Origin: Chlorokybus atmophyticus
Taxonomy: Eukaryota; Plantae; Mesostigma and Chlorokybus algae
DNA length: 64,000 bases
Reading direction: 5' to 3'
NCBI GenBank assembly: GCA_009103225.1
Contig: RHPI01001132.1
Coordinates: 124,001 to 188,000 of the forward strand
In this document: positions 11,030-23,205 of the stretch, in pieces
How positions within the stretch are numbered: the stretch's first letter is position 1
Layout: the number at the start of each line of letters is the position of its first letter
Made by a program: the position numbers and the translations under genes
Notes under the pieces: generated by a model
The model's input: the letters and a program-made list of their open reading frames with translations, nothing else
What the model was told of the DNA's origin: nothing
Database searches by the model: none

Positions 11030-12480
11030 CGAGCATGGTATCGTGCTCGATGTACACTATATGCAAGCGAGCAGTTTGCAACGATGATGACAAGCATTGG
11101 GAGCGAGCAGCTCGAGGATGGTGCTAGCATCATGTGGTGGGGCAAGGAGTTCCAGGTTAGCTTTAGGGCAGTATAGGCGTGGGAGCTTGTGCATGCTGAT
11201 GTGCATATGCGAACGACAAGTTGGCTGTGTGGGGGTATTGAAGGTTAAGCATACGAGGTTTGCTTGTATAGTAAGCTTATGGTACAATTAGCTTGTTAAT
11301 GTTATTTAGACCACGTGCGGCGGTTATGCCATGGGAGTTACAAGTGACAGGAGTTATGGGAGTTTAAGAGTTGACATTTATGGTCAACTTTGACTTTGTA
11401 CGTTGATTGGTGTTTGCTAGTGTTGACTTTCATTGCTGACTAGAGTTGACTTCACCACAAGTTAAGTAGGTCTTTTAGTGTTAACTAGCTTAGCATATAA
11501 GTCAATGTGCGTGGCGCATATAAGTGAAACTGCAATGAATTTCTCTTTGGTGTTGACCTGCTTGTATGTTGCACTTGCTGTTCCCCTAGTGTGAGCGTAT
11601 GCATGAGGTAGGGCGCATACATGCGTACCAGTCCTCAAGACTTGGTGGAGAAGGCATCCTTTGTACGTAGAAGCTTGGTGAGTTTTGCTTGGTGCCGAAT
11701 GCGAGCAGCACTTGGTGGAGGAGGCGTCCTTTGTACATGGGAGCTGGTGTATTCTAGCTTGGAGTGTTGCAGTGAGTGAAGTACTTGCATGGCGTGCTAA
11801 GAGTGCTTGGGAGCTACCTACTCAGCAGCATGGTGGTAAAGTGTGATGCTTGGATATGAATAGGAGAGGAGTAGCTAAGCTTGAGAAGCGTGGAGGTTAC
11901 ACTCTGCAAGCATGGTATGTGCTCAAGGTACACTATATGCAAGCAAGCAGCTCACAAAGATGATAACAAGCATAGGGAGCAGAAAGGTCGACATGGTGCT
12001 AGCATCATGGGGTGGGGCAAGAAGCTCCAGGTTAACTTTAAGACAACGACAGCGCGGGAGCTTGTGTGCACATTGATGTGCAGATACACATAACAAGTTG
12101 CCTGCATGGGAGTGTTGATGGTTAAACATATGAGGTTTGCTGGTATAATTTGCTGATAGAATAGTCAGCTTGTTTATGTTCCTTAGACCATGTGCGACGG
12201 TTATGCTATGGGAGTTACAGTCAACAGGAATTATGGGAGTCATGGGAGTTATAATAGTCAATTTTGGACTTTTACCGCTGACTAGTGTTGACTAGTATTG
12301 ACTTTGACCGTTGACCAATGTTGACTAGCTTAGTATTGAAGTCACTGTATGTGGCGCATACAGGTGGAACTGCAATGCATTTCTCTTTGGTGTTGACATG
12401 CTTGCACGTTACACTTGGTGTTCCCCTAGCGCGAGCGCATGTATGAGGTAGGGCGCATATATGCAGACTAGTTTTTAACA
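11030..12480 (+). mobile_element. Tandem pair of copia-type LTRs (family LTR2) with upstream internal segment; TRIM-like array
   Basis: LTRs 11236-11640 and 12113-12480, each preceded by a ~200-bp homologous segment (from ~11030 and ~11905) ending in a purine tract. Homologous to solo LTR 23979-24440. Confidence 0.6.
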
Positions 12481-12826
12481 GCCTACATTTTCGAGACAAC
12501 ATCACTATTATTGGCAGTGTTCAATAACATCCAATATACAAACCAAACACTTTCTCAAGCTATGCACAACTCTAGCATGGGCGTAGCCCATAACTTGTTA
12601 ATCAAAGCTATTGCATACACATTGTTCAACATTCACACGCATGGTCGAATTTGTGCAAGCTACACAATGGAGCCGTTGGGACTCAGTATAGTTCAAGCTG
12701 AGCCACAACACGATGTCTACAATGGTATCTACAGTGGTACCTACAATGGTACCCATCACGACCGGCATATTGCCCATGCTAATAGGAGGCGCTTATGCCC
12801 GGCTATATACATGCTCGAGGAGTTTT

Positions 12827-15100
12827 TGTTGAGAAATAGTGATGCGCCTAGTGTGTGTGTATTTGCCTCTTACATACAAGTGTGCACACACTAAGGACAA
12901 GTGCAGCAAGCATGCCAACCATAAAAACAATGTGCGACCCACTGTATTAAGCAGTATACAGTGTCTTATATACTATGCTACTAAGCACTAGTCAACACTA
13001 GTCAACTCTGGTCAACACTAGTCAACACTAGTCAATGGTTAAAGGCAACGGTCAAAGTCAAAGTTGATTATGGTTGACCGTAACTGCCGTAATTCCCGTA
13101 ACTCTCGTAACTCCCGTAACCATAAAGGTTAAGCTGATCATACCAACTACATGTAGGCGCCGCCTATACATGTACTTTCTACAACCCATAACATTTAACA
13201 CTCCCACGCGAGCAGCTTGACCTTGAACTCCAAGATCTTCTCGCAAGCTTACCCACATTAACTTACTTCATTGAACACTCCCACGGATGTTGCTCCCATG
13301 GACTTGATGCTTGTCTCCATGACACCATCCTTCTCCTCGTGCTACCAAAAGGACTATCAGGTTCCAATACTCCTCGTTTCCTCCTCATAGTTGTCGCATC
13401 AGGTTCCACCACGCCACGCCTGACCTTGCTCAGGTGGTTTCGAAGACTCCCTCAATGGCAAACTATGCCATAATCTACACTGAGTTCTCTACCTTAGCAA
13501 TGCTGTACCAGAATGTAGGCCGTGCAAGGGTTAATCAGACCCTTCTACCAAGGGAAGCACCCCTCCCATCTCCTGTTAGCTAGCAATACAACGCAGTCCT
13601 TGCATGTCAATCAAGTGAAGTGTTCTACCCAGTACCGCACACCTGTGTGCTACCATAAACAACAGCTATGCAACCTCTAGTGTATGCAGCTCAACACTAG
13701 CAACTACTCATAGGCTAGCAGTAACTCTCATAGACATTTGTGTCTGCGACCTCCGTCTACGCATGTCCTTCACGCGCCCTTGCAGTGGGAGGGGACGGAC
13801 GAACACCATCCGCTGCAACTCCTTGAGGTCCTCACCAATGCTAGAAAGCAATCGCCATCATGGCGTGCTTCTCCTTAGTGGCCTCATCGTGGATCCTCTT
13901 GTGGCACTCGCGAATGAAGTGGCGCTGCATCTTGCAGTAGTGACACTCTTGGTCACGCGATAGCTTCCCACCACCTGCTTTTCTCCTGCTTCGTGTGTGT
14001 TGAGAAGATAAGGCAGCAAGTGCGATAGGTTCTCCACCATTCTCCATCTCCTGAACATCCAACTTGCCTTCCACAGCTAGCAGCTTAGGCACTACATCAT
14101 CAAACTTCAAAACCACATCCGAGGACTCAAACACAGCTACTAGCGTGGCAAAGCTCTCTCCTAAGCCAGCTAAGACTGCCCACGTCACCTCCTCTTCCTT
14201 CACATCATGGCCCACTGCTGCAAGGTCTTGCCAAAGCTCCCTTGCACACGAGATGTACTTCTGGATTGGTTCTTTGTGCTCCATCTTCAGAAGTGTCAGC
14301 TTGCGTCTCAGCTGCAACTTGCGCAAGTTGTATTGGCCTTGAAGAGGGTGTCGAAGACCTCCCACGCCTCACGTCCAGTCTTGCAATCCGCAATAAGAGG
14401 GAGATGGAAGTCTTTGACGTGCAAGCCTATCAGCGTAAAAGCTGATTGTGAGTTCTCTGTCCAGGTACCAGCGTCACCTGTAATTGGCCGCAATGATGTG
14501 GAGGAGGTGGGGTCGACAAAACTCCACAGCGTCTTACGGATCAGCACCAACTTCATCGACCATGAAGCATAGTTGTGCAGATCAAGCGACTTGAAGGGAA
14601 TCCTACCTGTGTCAGCCATTACTTGCTACACAATTGTACAGCTCACCCTCTCCCTAAGAACACTTAGCTAGTGGCCTTTTATGCTCAACACTTTCTCTCA
14701 CTAGTACAAGCAATCACACAAGCGAGTGTGGGCCCATAACCTGTTGAGAACTAGCGATGCGCCTAATGTGTGTGTATGCGCGTCTCATACAAGTGTGCAC
14801 ACACCAAGGAGAAGCGCAGCAAGCACGCCAACTACAGAGACAATGTGCAACCCATTGAGTTAAGCAGTATACAATGCCTTATATACTATGCCACCAAGCA
14901 TTGTCAACGTTAGCTAAAGTTAACACTAATCGACGCTAGTTAACGATCGAAGTCAATAGCGAAAATCGAAGTTGACTATGGTTAATCATAACTGCCGTAA
15001 CTCTTGCACCACTCGCAACTCCCGCAACTCTTGAGGTTAAGCTGATTGTACCCACTACATTTAGGTGCCGCCTATATAAATGTAGCTATAACCGTTAACA
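12827..15100 (-). mobile_element. gag-only non-autonomous copia-derived LTR element, copy 1 (TR-GAG-like)
   Basis: 5' LTR 15100-14742, PBS GGTTATGGGCCCAC (14741-14728), gag ~14619-13841 with a zinc knuckle (CHYCKMQRHFIREC), ~640 bp noncoding, PPT, 3' LTR 13200-12827. LTRs divergent; no matching TSD. Confidence 0.85.
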
Positions 15101-15504
15101 GCCTTCCAACCGTTGGCGAAGCACTTCAATACAGTGACTACAATGAAGTGCTTTGCCAGCATTTGTTCTTCAAACCTCTTCTTTGCTCTCAAGACGGCAA
15201 GGTGCTTGACTCTGGTCCCACTAGACGCCTCTTTCGCCCTTGGGCTCGTAAGGGCTTTCGTAGGGTTACTAATAGGGTTGTAGGACAATGTGTTTCGCCG
15301 CCAAGATTCCGCAATGAAGCTCTACGATTGAGATCCAAAGCAAAATGAGCAACGCCTAGCTCAGCTTTTTGAGGCCATCGCCAAAGCATGGAACGATCCA
15401 TTTCTTGCTGGTCTTGGTGTCCCTCTTCCGGTAAAATGCTTGGCTGCTCTCGACCAGGCTGGCAGCATCACCTTGCTCTTGCTAATTGTCACTCAATTAG
15501 CTTT

Positions 15505-16173
15505 TGTTACGGTGCTCGTGCCTTGTCACCGATGAGTTGGTGTAATTAACAACCCTCTCACCAAGGCATGGTATTCGCAACGGAACCTTGCCCCCTCTGC
15601 CAAGCACACATGCGCGCCCCGCCACTCGCGTACGCACGCGTATGCGGTCGAAGCTACACACCAACTTGTGTAGCGCCTTGGATTGTCACACAAGCAAGCA
15701 CACACTAATGGACACACGTTAGCAACCCCTGCTAACCACCACCAGGCTTGCACACAAGAAATTACGAAGCTAAAGGTTGTATTGCACATTGCAATATGTC
15801 GCTTTTATACCTACCATCTGCACATACTATTGTCTAGACGATTCCCATGCTACATAAAACTAAGTGCTAAGTTGTTATTACAAAATCTTGCTGTATACTG
15901 CTAAACCTTGTGTATGCATCATAAATCTCATGATTAGGTGCTCATATGGTCAAGTTATATTACTTGGCGCCAGGCCTTTCAAAAAATCTGGTCGTCCCCT
16001 TCTCGATTGGCCCTCCTTTTTTTGGCACCTTCCGGACTGGTCTTGGGCCCCCGGTCGACATCCGCGGCAAATTCATAAGTCGCCAATATCTGCCACAAGT
16101 CATGAAAACGTGGCGCTCGACAAATGGGCCAAAAAAGGTCCTAAAGTCATGAAATTAGGCCTCAACAGTTATA
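15505..16173 (-). mobile_element. Solo LTR related to the gypsy LTRs at 38525 and 51537 (family LTR3)
   Basis: Reverse-complement homology along the whole length to 51537-52217; degenerate TSD GCTTT/GCTCC. Confidence 0.75.
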
Positions 16174-17799
16174 GCTCCTCTCGATGCTTCGGTGTTCTTT
16201 TCCCCCTTCTTGCTGGAAGGAAACCACTGTGCGATTGGGTGTGGAGTCTTCTGCTCTTCTCCTCAAGTCTCTTCATTACGTGCGTGTTCTACCTCCACCT
16301 TCCCACTGGTCTAATGGACCAGCGCTCTTCTCCTCGACCCAACTTGTGCTACTAGTCTTCTTTGATTACTCGGGCTGGCAGGCTGTAAGCCGGGCTGCTT
16401 TCTTCAACATTTGTTGTGACCTCAGCTCTGCTGGGATTTTGGTGTGGGCTCGAGGGTTGCAGCCCGCTCTCTATGGGATTACGCTTCCCGTGTAGGCTAT
16501 CACCTGCTTGCTCTTCGTGCGGCTCCACTTCTTTCTAGCCGTCTTCATTGGCCTTAGGTGTGGTGTGTGGTAAGCAACTCTCCAGCTGCTGGTAAACGCC
16601 GCACATCGCTTGAATTGATTGCACATAGTGCGCTCTTCACCAGAGAGCGCCTTTAGCACACGGGTGCTGTTTCGTCACGCATGACCTGCTTTGCCCTTGT
16701 TGTGGATTTTTTCCACATCTTTATTTTGTATGAGGCATCCTTTTTGGGGGAGGTTTTCTCCTCGGTCCTCTCCCACATGGGGGTCGCTCACACGCTCACG
16801 CCTATTGCTTTTTTGTTTGGCATTGACTTTGCTGTCTCCCCCTCTGCCCTTTCTTCTCTATGGGTGGCTCTTCGGCCCATTACTTTGTGGTGTTTGTGGT
16901 GCTACAGGAGCTCACACACATACGGTTCTCCTGCTCCCCTGACGGTCCTTCATTCCCGGTTCTTTTGCGCTCTTTCCATCAGGGCTCGAGAGGAGTAGCT
17001 TGCTGTCACTTCAGCTCCGGTCAAGGATGAACTTCGTGCTCAAGCTTTAAGAATCCTTGTCCTCTACTTGGGGTTAGGGGGCTATCCAGTGTGAGGTTCT
17101 CTCGTTCTCGCTCGTTCCCTCGATTACTTAAATGCAATAAGACATTTCAGTTTAGTTTCTCTTTCTTTTGTTTGGTCCTTTGGTCATTCTTTGCTTTGAA
17201 CTCTAGCTATTCTTTTGTTGGGCTACAAAATGATGACACACTAGTCACATGATGAGGCACGTACAACTCACACACGAGTTATTTGCAACACACAGCTCAT
17301 GCTGAGGGGTCGCTATAAGTCGATGGATTCTTATACCTGCTTCATGCACAATTAGCTTCGGTGTTGTGAACACAGACGTAACAATCCATGCGTGCCTTGT
17401 CCTAGCTGCAGATGTGTGTTGCATATTCTTTTTTGATAGACGGTTAGTGGTTGTGCTGCCGACGTCGAGGTTGAAGATTGAGAAGCTTGTACACCTGCAA
17501 TGTATACCACCCTCGCCAAGGATGGCGCCGCTGCGCAAGGATTTTAAACGACTAGATAAAGAGCTTGTGACTCACAACTCACATCTGGTGAGTGCTTGTG
17601 CCCCCAAGTGCCCAAGGCACTAGGGGCACAAGAGTCTCATAACTCATTAACGAGTTCTTGAGTTCATGGGCGCGCATGTCATGCGCTTCATGAACTCATA
17701 TAACTCACACACGAGTTATTTGTGACACACAGCTCATGCTGAGGGGTCGCTATGGGTCGATAGATGGATACAAACAGTGAGAGCACGTACCACCCAAAC

Positions 17800-19150
17800 C
17801 AGGGCTCCTCGTTAATGTGTGCAATTCAGGCAACGCTGCGCGCACATAGCCCTCAGCTGTAGTGGCAGACTTTCAACGCCCAAACTGCTGCCACAGGTGT
17901 TGAGGCACACCAGCTTTCATGGCTTGGGTCGCAGCTCTCGAACAAGCAGAGTGTGTGCCAAAACGCGAGGGGTCCTCCCCTGCCGCCTTAATGGCTTCCT
18001 TCCCAACCAAGGATAGTGCCATATGGCACCACAGTGTTGCGTATGATGCACGTCCCCCCCGCTCGGATGATGGAGCGCAGCAACTTGCTGGGTCCCGCGT
18101 GCCGATATCCCGAGGCCAATAATAACTTTTCGGTGTGCATCATCGGGCATAAGTCACCGCCCACAGCAGCTATGTGCACTGTGGTGCCCATACCGTGTTG
18201 ATCGGTTTTGCTGCGCGGGATGACGAGATCCATACGGCCTGAGCCAAAAACAATGTCCTGCGCGTTTACCTCCGCCAGGTCAGAATACCGCATCATACCT
18301 GCAAATCTCAGCAGCACCGTCACCGTTGGCAACCTGGCCACCAAGTCCCACCCTTCGCGAGCAAAGTGCAAGACCATGACTTGCAAGAGCTCGGGCGTGT
18401 AGGCGTCCTTCTTCCGTGTGTTCAAGGGCAGCAGCCTCATAAACCACCGCAACAAGTGCATGCGCAGTGGGAGAGGCCTGCCATGGCATACGCAGCATGT
18501 ATGGCCGAAGAGGCATGTTTTCACAGGTGCCGGGGTGGTTGAGTGCACCAACATTGGTCAAGAACAGGGCCTCTATGCCAGGGTTTGCTAGCAGGGTAGC
18601 CCTACCACGAGGCGTGCAGAACTCCACAAAGCGACGCCAGTAGCCCTCATGGCCCCGCAGGGTGCTAGTAGCACGTGACGCCGCTGTTGAGAATTAGTGA
18701 TGCGCCTAGTGTGTGTGTATTTCCCTTTTATATACAAGTGTGCACACATTAAAGACAAGTGCAGCAAGCACGCCAACTATAGAGACAATGTGCGACCCAC
18801 TGTATTTAGCAGTATATACAGTGTCTTATATACTATGCTACTAAGCACTAGTTAACTCTGATCAACTCTGGTCAAAGTCAACACTAGTCAATGGTCAAAG
18901 TCGACGGTCAAAGTTGAAGTTGATCATGGTTGACCATACTGCCGTTACTCCCGTAACTCTTGTAACTCCCATAACTATAGAGGTTAAGCTGATCGTACCA
19001 ACTACATGTAGGCGCCGCCTATACATGTACTGTTAACAAGCTATAACATTTAAAAGCCGCTGCCACTGCTCGGTATAAGGTGCGCAGGCGCTCAATCTCA
19101 TAGTCTCCTGGGACGTTGGGCATGAGCGACTGTAAGCTTCGCTCAATAGC
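17800..19150 (-). pseudogene. Tyrosine recombinase of YR element 2, interrupted by a solo LTR
   Basis: SRATSTLRGHEGYWRRFVEFC; FAGMMRYSDL; IPRSKTDQHG; GTHSACS (decayed HSxR); GR*KS...EGYV. Confidence 0.85.
18685..19055 (-). mobile_element. Solo copia LTR (LTR1) inserted in the YR gene
   Basis: Full LTR1 with 5-bp TSD GCCGC on both sides; the YR reading resumes across the empty site. Confidence 0.9.
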
Positions 19151-19211
19151 AGTTGCACACAGCATGTGTCAATGGCTAGGACGCAAGTCAATCCGCAATG
19201 CCCACATACAA

Positions 19212-19610
19212 CTATTTGGGCAAGCCCCCTTGAAGTTCCGTGACTTGCGGGCTGGGCCACAAGCAGGCTGGGCCTCCGGGCAGGCTCACAACGTCTGTGA
19301 TAAATGGTGCCCACACGCCGCCAGGGCACAGCACGGGCCACCAAGTTTGGGTTGTCCGTTCAGGTACAATAAGGCACATGCGAGCCTTGCATTTGCGGGC
19401 ATGATGCAAAACAGTGCTAACCCGGTGTGGTGGGAGATGGCACAAGTTGTTGCAACCACTCGTCTCACAGTGAAAGGCATTGCCGGATGAGCCCGGACAT
19501 GGTAACAACGAGTTGAAGGCCACACACACGGTGTTGGCATTCGTGGCAAAGCGGTCCACACCAAAGGTGCCCCACTTGCGAGCGAGCAAGCGAACCCATG
19601 GGGTTTGCAA
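19212..19610 (-). pseudogene. Dam-like domain of YR element 2
   Basis: FGVDRFAT.NT...FNS...PG..GNAF...LCHLPP...CLIVPE...WWPVL. Confidence 0.8.
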
Positions 19611-19622
19611 GGTCCAACCGTT

Positions 19623-21104
19623 CTATTCTGGTGCTTTGGAGAGCGCGTCCGCCTCCTTGTTGAGTTCACGTGGTAACCACTCCACATGCAAGCGAATGCC
19701 GGCGGCAATGTAAGAAAATACGGCATGCCACTTGCTGCAAGTGTCCGGCCTCACTGCCCCCTTTGCGCATAATGTAGTACACATTGCGGGCATTGCCATA
19801 GCGCAGCACCGTGCGACCATGTAGCTCCTCCTCGACAGTGAGCAAGGCACACTCAAGTCCCAATAACTCGCGATGTGTTGAGGAAGTCAAGCACTCATCA
19901 GGTGTGATTCACATGTGCCCTTCGCCACGGGGGTAGCTATGCCATGGTACACTAGTCCCCAACCAGTGCGGCTAGCATCCACAAATTGCACTATGTTCAG
20001 CTGTATAGTACGCCAAATGGGTGTCATGTTAAGCTCCTCAAAGTGGTCTCTCGGCCACGATAACTCCGTGGTCTCAGGTTGGCGTAGCACCATGTGAGAG
20101 CTCCATGAGCGGCGGGTCTCAATCAAGCGGCGTGTATGCCAAGTCATGAGTTTGACGGCAGGGCCCAACACCATGAACATGGTTTGCAGCTTGCCACAAA
20201 GGGAGGCCAGCAACTTCACTGGCACATGGTGCCTGTTACCAAATGCGCGTTGCAAGTCCCTAAGCAAACCATTGCGCTTCTTGCCGGGGATATGAACAGT
20301 GCCAGCGTGTGTATCCCGCACAAAGCCGAGGAAGATGATGACTCTGCTCAGCACGATCTGCGCCTTGGTGTTGATCACCAGCCCGCACCATGCTGAATGT
20401 GCTTGCACAATGGACACGGTGGAGGCATGCTCCACCCTGGAGCGAGCAGCAAATAAGAAGTCGTCAATGTATGGCAACACGCGAATGCCCTGCACACGCC
20501 AACCGCGCACCAATTGCTTCATAATCTTTGTGAACACGAGGCAAGCCGTGCTCAACCCACATGACAACGAGCAAAACACTTTGCCCGCAAACGAGAACCC
20601 CAAGTAGCCCAAAAAGGCGGGGTGGATGTCCACATGATGATAGCCGGATATTAAGTCCGTAGAGAACAATCAGTCTTCAGGTTGCAGCAAGTCCGTGATG
20701 CTGCGTACATCCTCATACTTAAGTGGCGTGTTTACCATATAGGAGTTGACACAGCGCAAGTCCATAATGAGGCGCAACTTGCGGCCAGCATCGACCACGT
20801 TGAGTGGGCTCACCACGAGGGGGATTGTCACACACTCTTATGCGGCCCCACCATGCACTAGGTTGGCAATGGAAGCCGCAGCGAAGTCCGCAAACTCATG
20901 CACACCCTTGTGGTTGGTGAATGCCCATTCGCGGGGTGGGTCAGCCGCCCATGGTAGCTTGTACCCGTCCTCCACCCATGAGAGCACCATAGTAGACTCA
21001 CAGAAGTCACGCCATGCTGGCAAGGCATCATGCAGTCGATGACGCATGTAAGGCCCTTTAACAATGAGGTTGGCAGGGACGCGAGCAAACTCATGGTGCT
21101 TCAT
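19623..21104 (-). pseudogene. RT and RNase H of YR element 2
   Basis: WVEDGYKLPW; DLISGYHHVDIHP; YIDDFLF; FVDASRTGWG; WLPRELNKEADALSK. Confidence 0.9.
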
Positions 21105-21691
21105 CCAGTCGTGAACAGTGTCCTCCTTTGTGCTAGTATAGGCTACTGCACACGACCACGAAGTGTCCTCAACAACGGAGCTCAGCTAGAGCCTCAACGG
21201 CATGACGACCGTAAAATGGCCGCAACTCGTGCAAATAGTGTCCGAATTGGGTTTTGTTTTGCTCAGCACGACGCTATTAGCCTCATTGTAATGGACATAA
21301 CGTGTCAATGAGACCCCAGCAAAAGTTATAAGGAAGATAGCGATTTTTAAGTAGTGGATCACAGATCCGACACTTTCATTCACTCAGCTCGCAAATGGAT
21401 TCACTAAAGCAGCAGTTGCGAACACGGAAAAGTGCCCCACCGGGCTATAGTACCAACAGTGCAAGTGTACAGCTACTAGGCTGTCACAACAGCTCCAGAG
21501 CTGCGCTACCAAACTAATGGCCGCCATGGCCTGTCGAGGGCTTACGGCAATAAACACGCAAGTGCCCCGGCTCCCCACCATTGTAACAGGTGCGGGCATC
21601 ATGCTGGCCCCCCGTAGATGCGGGCTGAGACTGCATAGGAACGGTCTTGTAACTGGTATGCCCAGCATCAGATGCATAAGATCCAGAGTAG

Positions 21692-21724
<33 letters not shown>

Positions 21725-22329
21725 CCCCAAGACTTGGTTAGCCAATGAACCAGAAGAATTGCGGCACAAAGGCACTCTTCTTCTGTGTAGCAGAAAGGGC
21801 TGAGACTGGAGAGTCTTGTCTGATTNGGGGGGGGGGGGGGGGGGGGGTAAATTGGCCCCGCCCTTTGTTGGGAGTGTAGGCCGCCTTTGGCTTGGGCTTG
21901 GGCTGCGCCGCAGCTGCCTCCTTGATTGCCTTCTCAAGGCGCTTTGCCTCTGCATTGTCCGCAGCTTGAGGGTCTCTCGTGAGCTCCTCCACCACTTTCC
22001 AACTATGCTTGTTGGCCACTTCCACATGGTGGAACTGCGTGCACACCTTGTCCAATGCTGGTGCACAGAGCACATGTGAGCAACACTGGTTGCGGGCATT
22101 TATGCATAGGCTCAGAGCCATTGGGTTTAACGCCAGGCGCACCCGCATTGACATCACCATCTCCGACATGCTAATGTGATTGCAAATCTGTTATGCCTGT
22201 TACCTTGCTATGAATAGTCATAACGTGAATACAGAGGTGGACATGCAAGGGTGTTAAGTGCGGGCCCTCCCCCCCCTGCCGGATACGGGGGGAGGAGGGA
22301 TGCGGAACAATGTATTTAAATGGATGCCT

Positions 22330-23205
22330 CTACGTAGATGACAGGCCCGTACCTTCATAAGGCCGATGATGCACGCATGTGCATGTTCGCATGAGAACAA
22401 TCCGCACCCTCATGCGCGTCCTACATGTGTGCTCGTGCAAATGGCCATGCTCAGCAAAGAATGAGCCCACCTTGCATGTTGTCTTTGCGGCCTTTGGCGA
22501 AGTGGGGATCCTTGGCGAGGTGAGAGGCACACGGACGAAGGAGGCCGCCGCCGAAGCAATGTAAGTCGCCACGTTGATGTGTTGCCGAGCCCGCTTTGTC
22601 ATGTTCTCCTTCCAAGGGACCGTGGGATCACTAAAGCGAATGGCCAATGCCTCCGCGCGAGCATTCGGTGTAGTGGAGTCGCCTTTGTCGCGGCGAAGGA
22701 TGCTCACGAGTAGCGGGTGGTTGGGCTCATCAACGAGCTCATTATGAGGGATGGCGGGCGCCTTCCCACGCTTAAGACGCATGTTTTCTGCCTCCAACTC
22801 CTCCAACCTCGTCGCAATGGCCTCCGTGGGTGTCATAGACGGGGTGGAAGCGACGGAGAGCGGGCTTGCCTCCCTCTTCTTACGCTTGTAAGTGACGACG
22901 GGTGGGTCCTCATCATCCTCGTCCTCGTCATCGTCACCAGCACCCTCCTTGTTCACCTCCTCTTCTCCCACTTCCACGGGGGGGGGCACCCTTGTCTCCT
23001 CACTCGCCGCTCTTCTCTCCTCCTCCGCACTCAAGGTGTGGCGACGCGGACTTGTAGCCCGCGCCAACCTATTGGCGGCAAGCCTAGCCGCCTTGGCCGT
23101 GGCTTCCACGTCATCTCCATTGCCACGTGCACTTTTTGACCGTGTGGTGGTCATGGAGGTCGACCGCCTATCCTTCCTCCAAACCACACTCGCCACCCTC
23201 GCCAA
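22330..23205 (-). CDS. ORF1 of YR element 2 (acidic and coiled-coil, gag N-terminal-like)
   Basis: 291-codon open frame starting inside A1; acidic tract, basic KRKKR, coiled coil RLEELEAENMRLK. Confidence 0.5.
   Translation of the reverse strand: MARVASVVWRKDRRSTSMTTTRSKSARGNGDDVEATAKAARLAANRLARATSPRRHTLSAEEERRAASEETRVPPPVEVGEEEVNKEGAGDDDEDEDDEDPPVVTYKRKKREASPLSVASTPSMTPTEAIATRLEELEAENMRLKRGKAPAIPHNELVDEPNHPLLVSILRRDKGDSTTPNARAEALAIRFSDPTVPWKENMTKRARQHINVATYIASAAASFVRVPLTSPRIPTSPKAAKTTCKVGSFFAEHGHLHEHTCRTRMRVRIVLMRTCTCVHHRPYEGTGLSST

Noticed and set aside
12985-13125. CRISPR-like array (GTCAACACTA and GTAACTCCC repeats, recurring across the window)
   Set aside because: These are 9-11-bp tandem microrepeats inside copia LTRs, with no unique spacers and no cas genes, in a eukaryotic context.
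15101-17240. Host gene or named TE in the sequence flanking the LTR3 solo LTR
   Set aside because: No recognisable domain in any frame; left unassigned.
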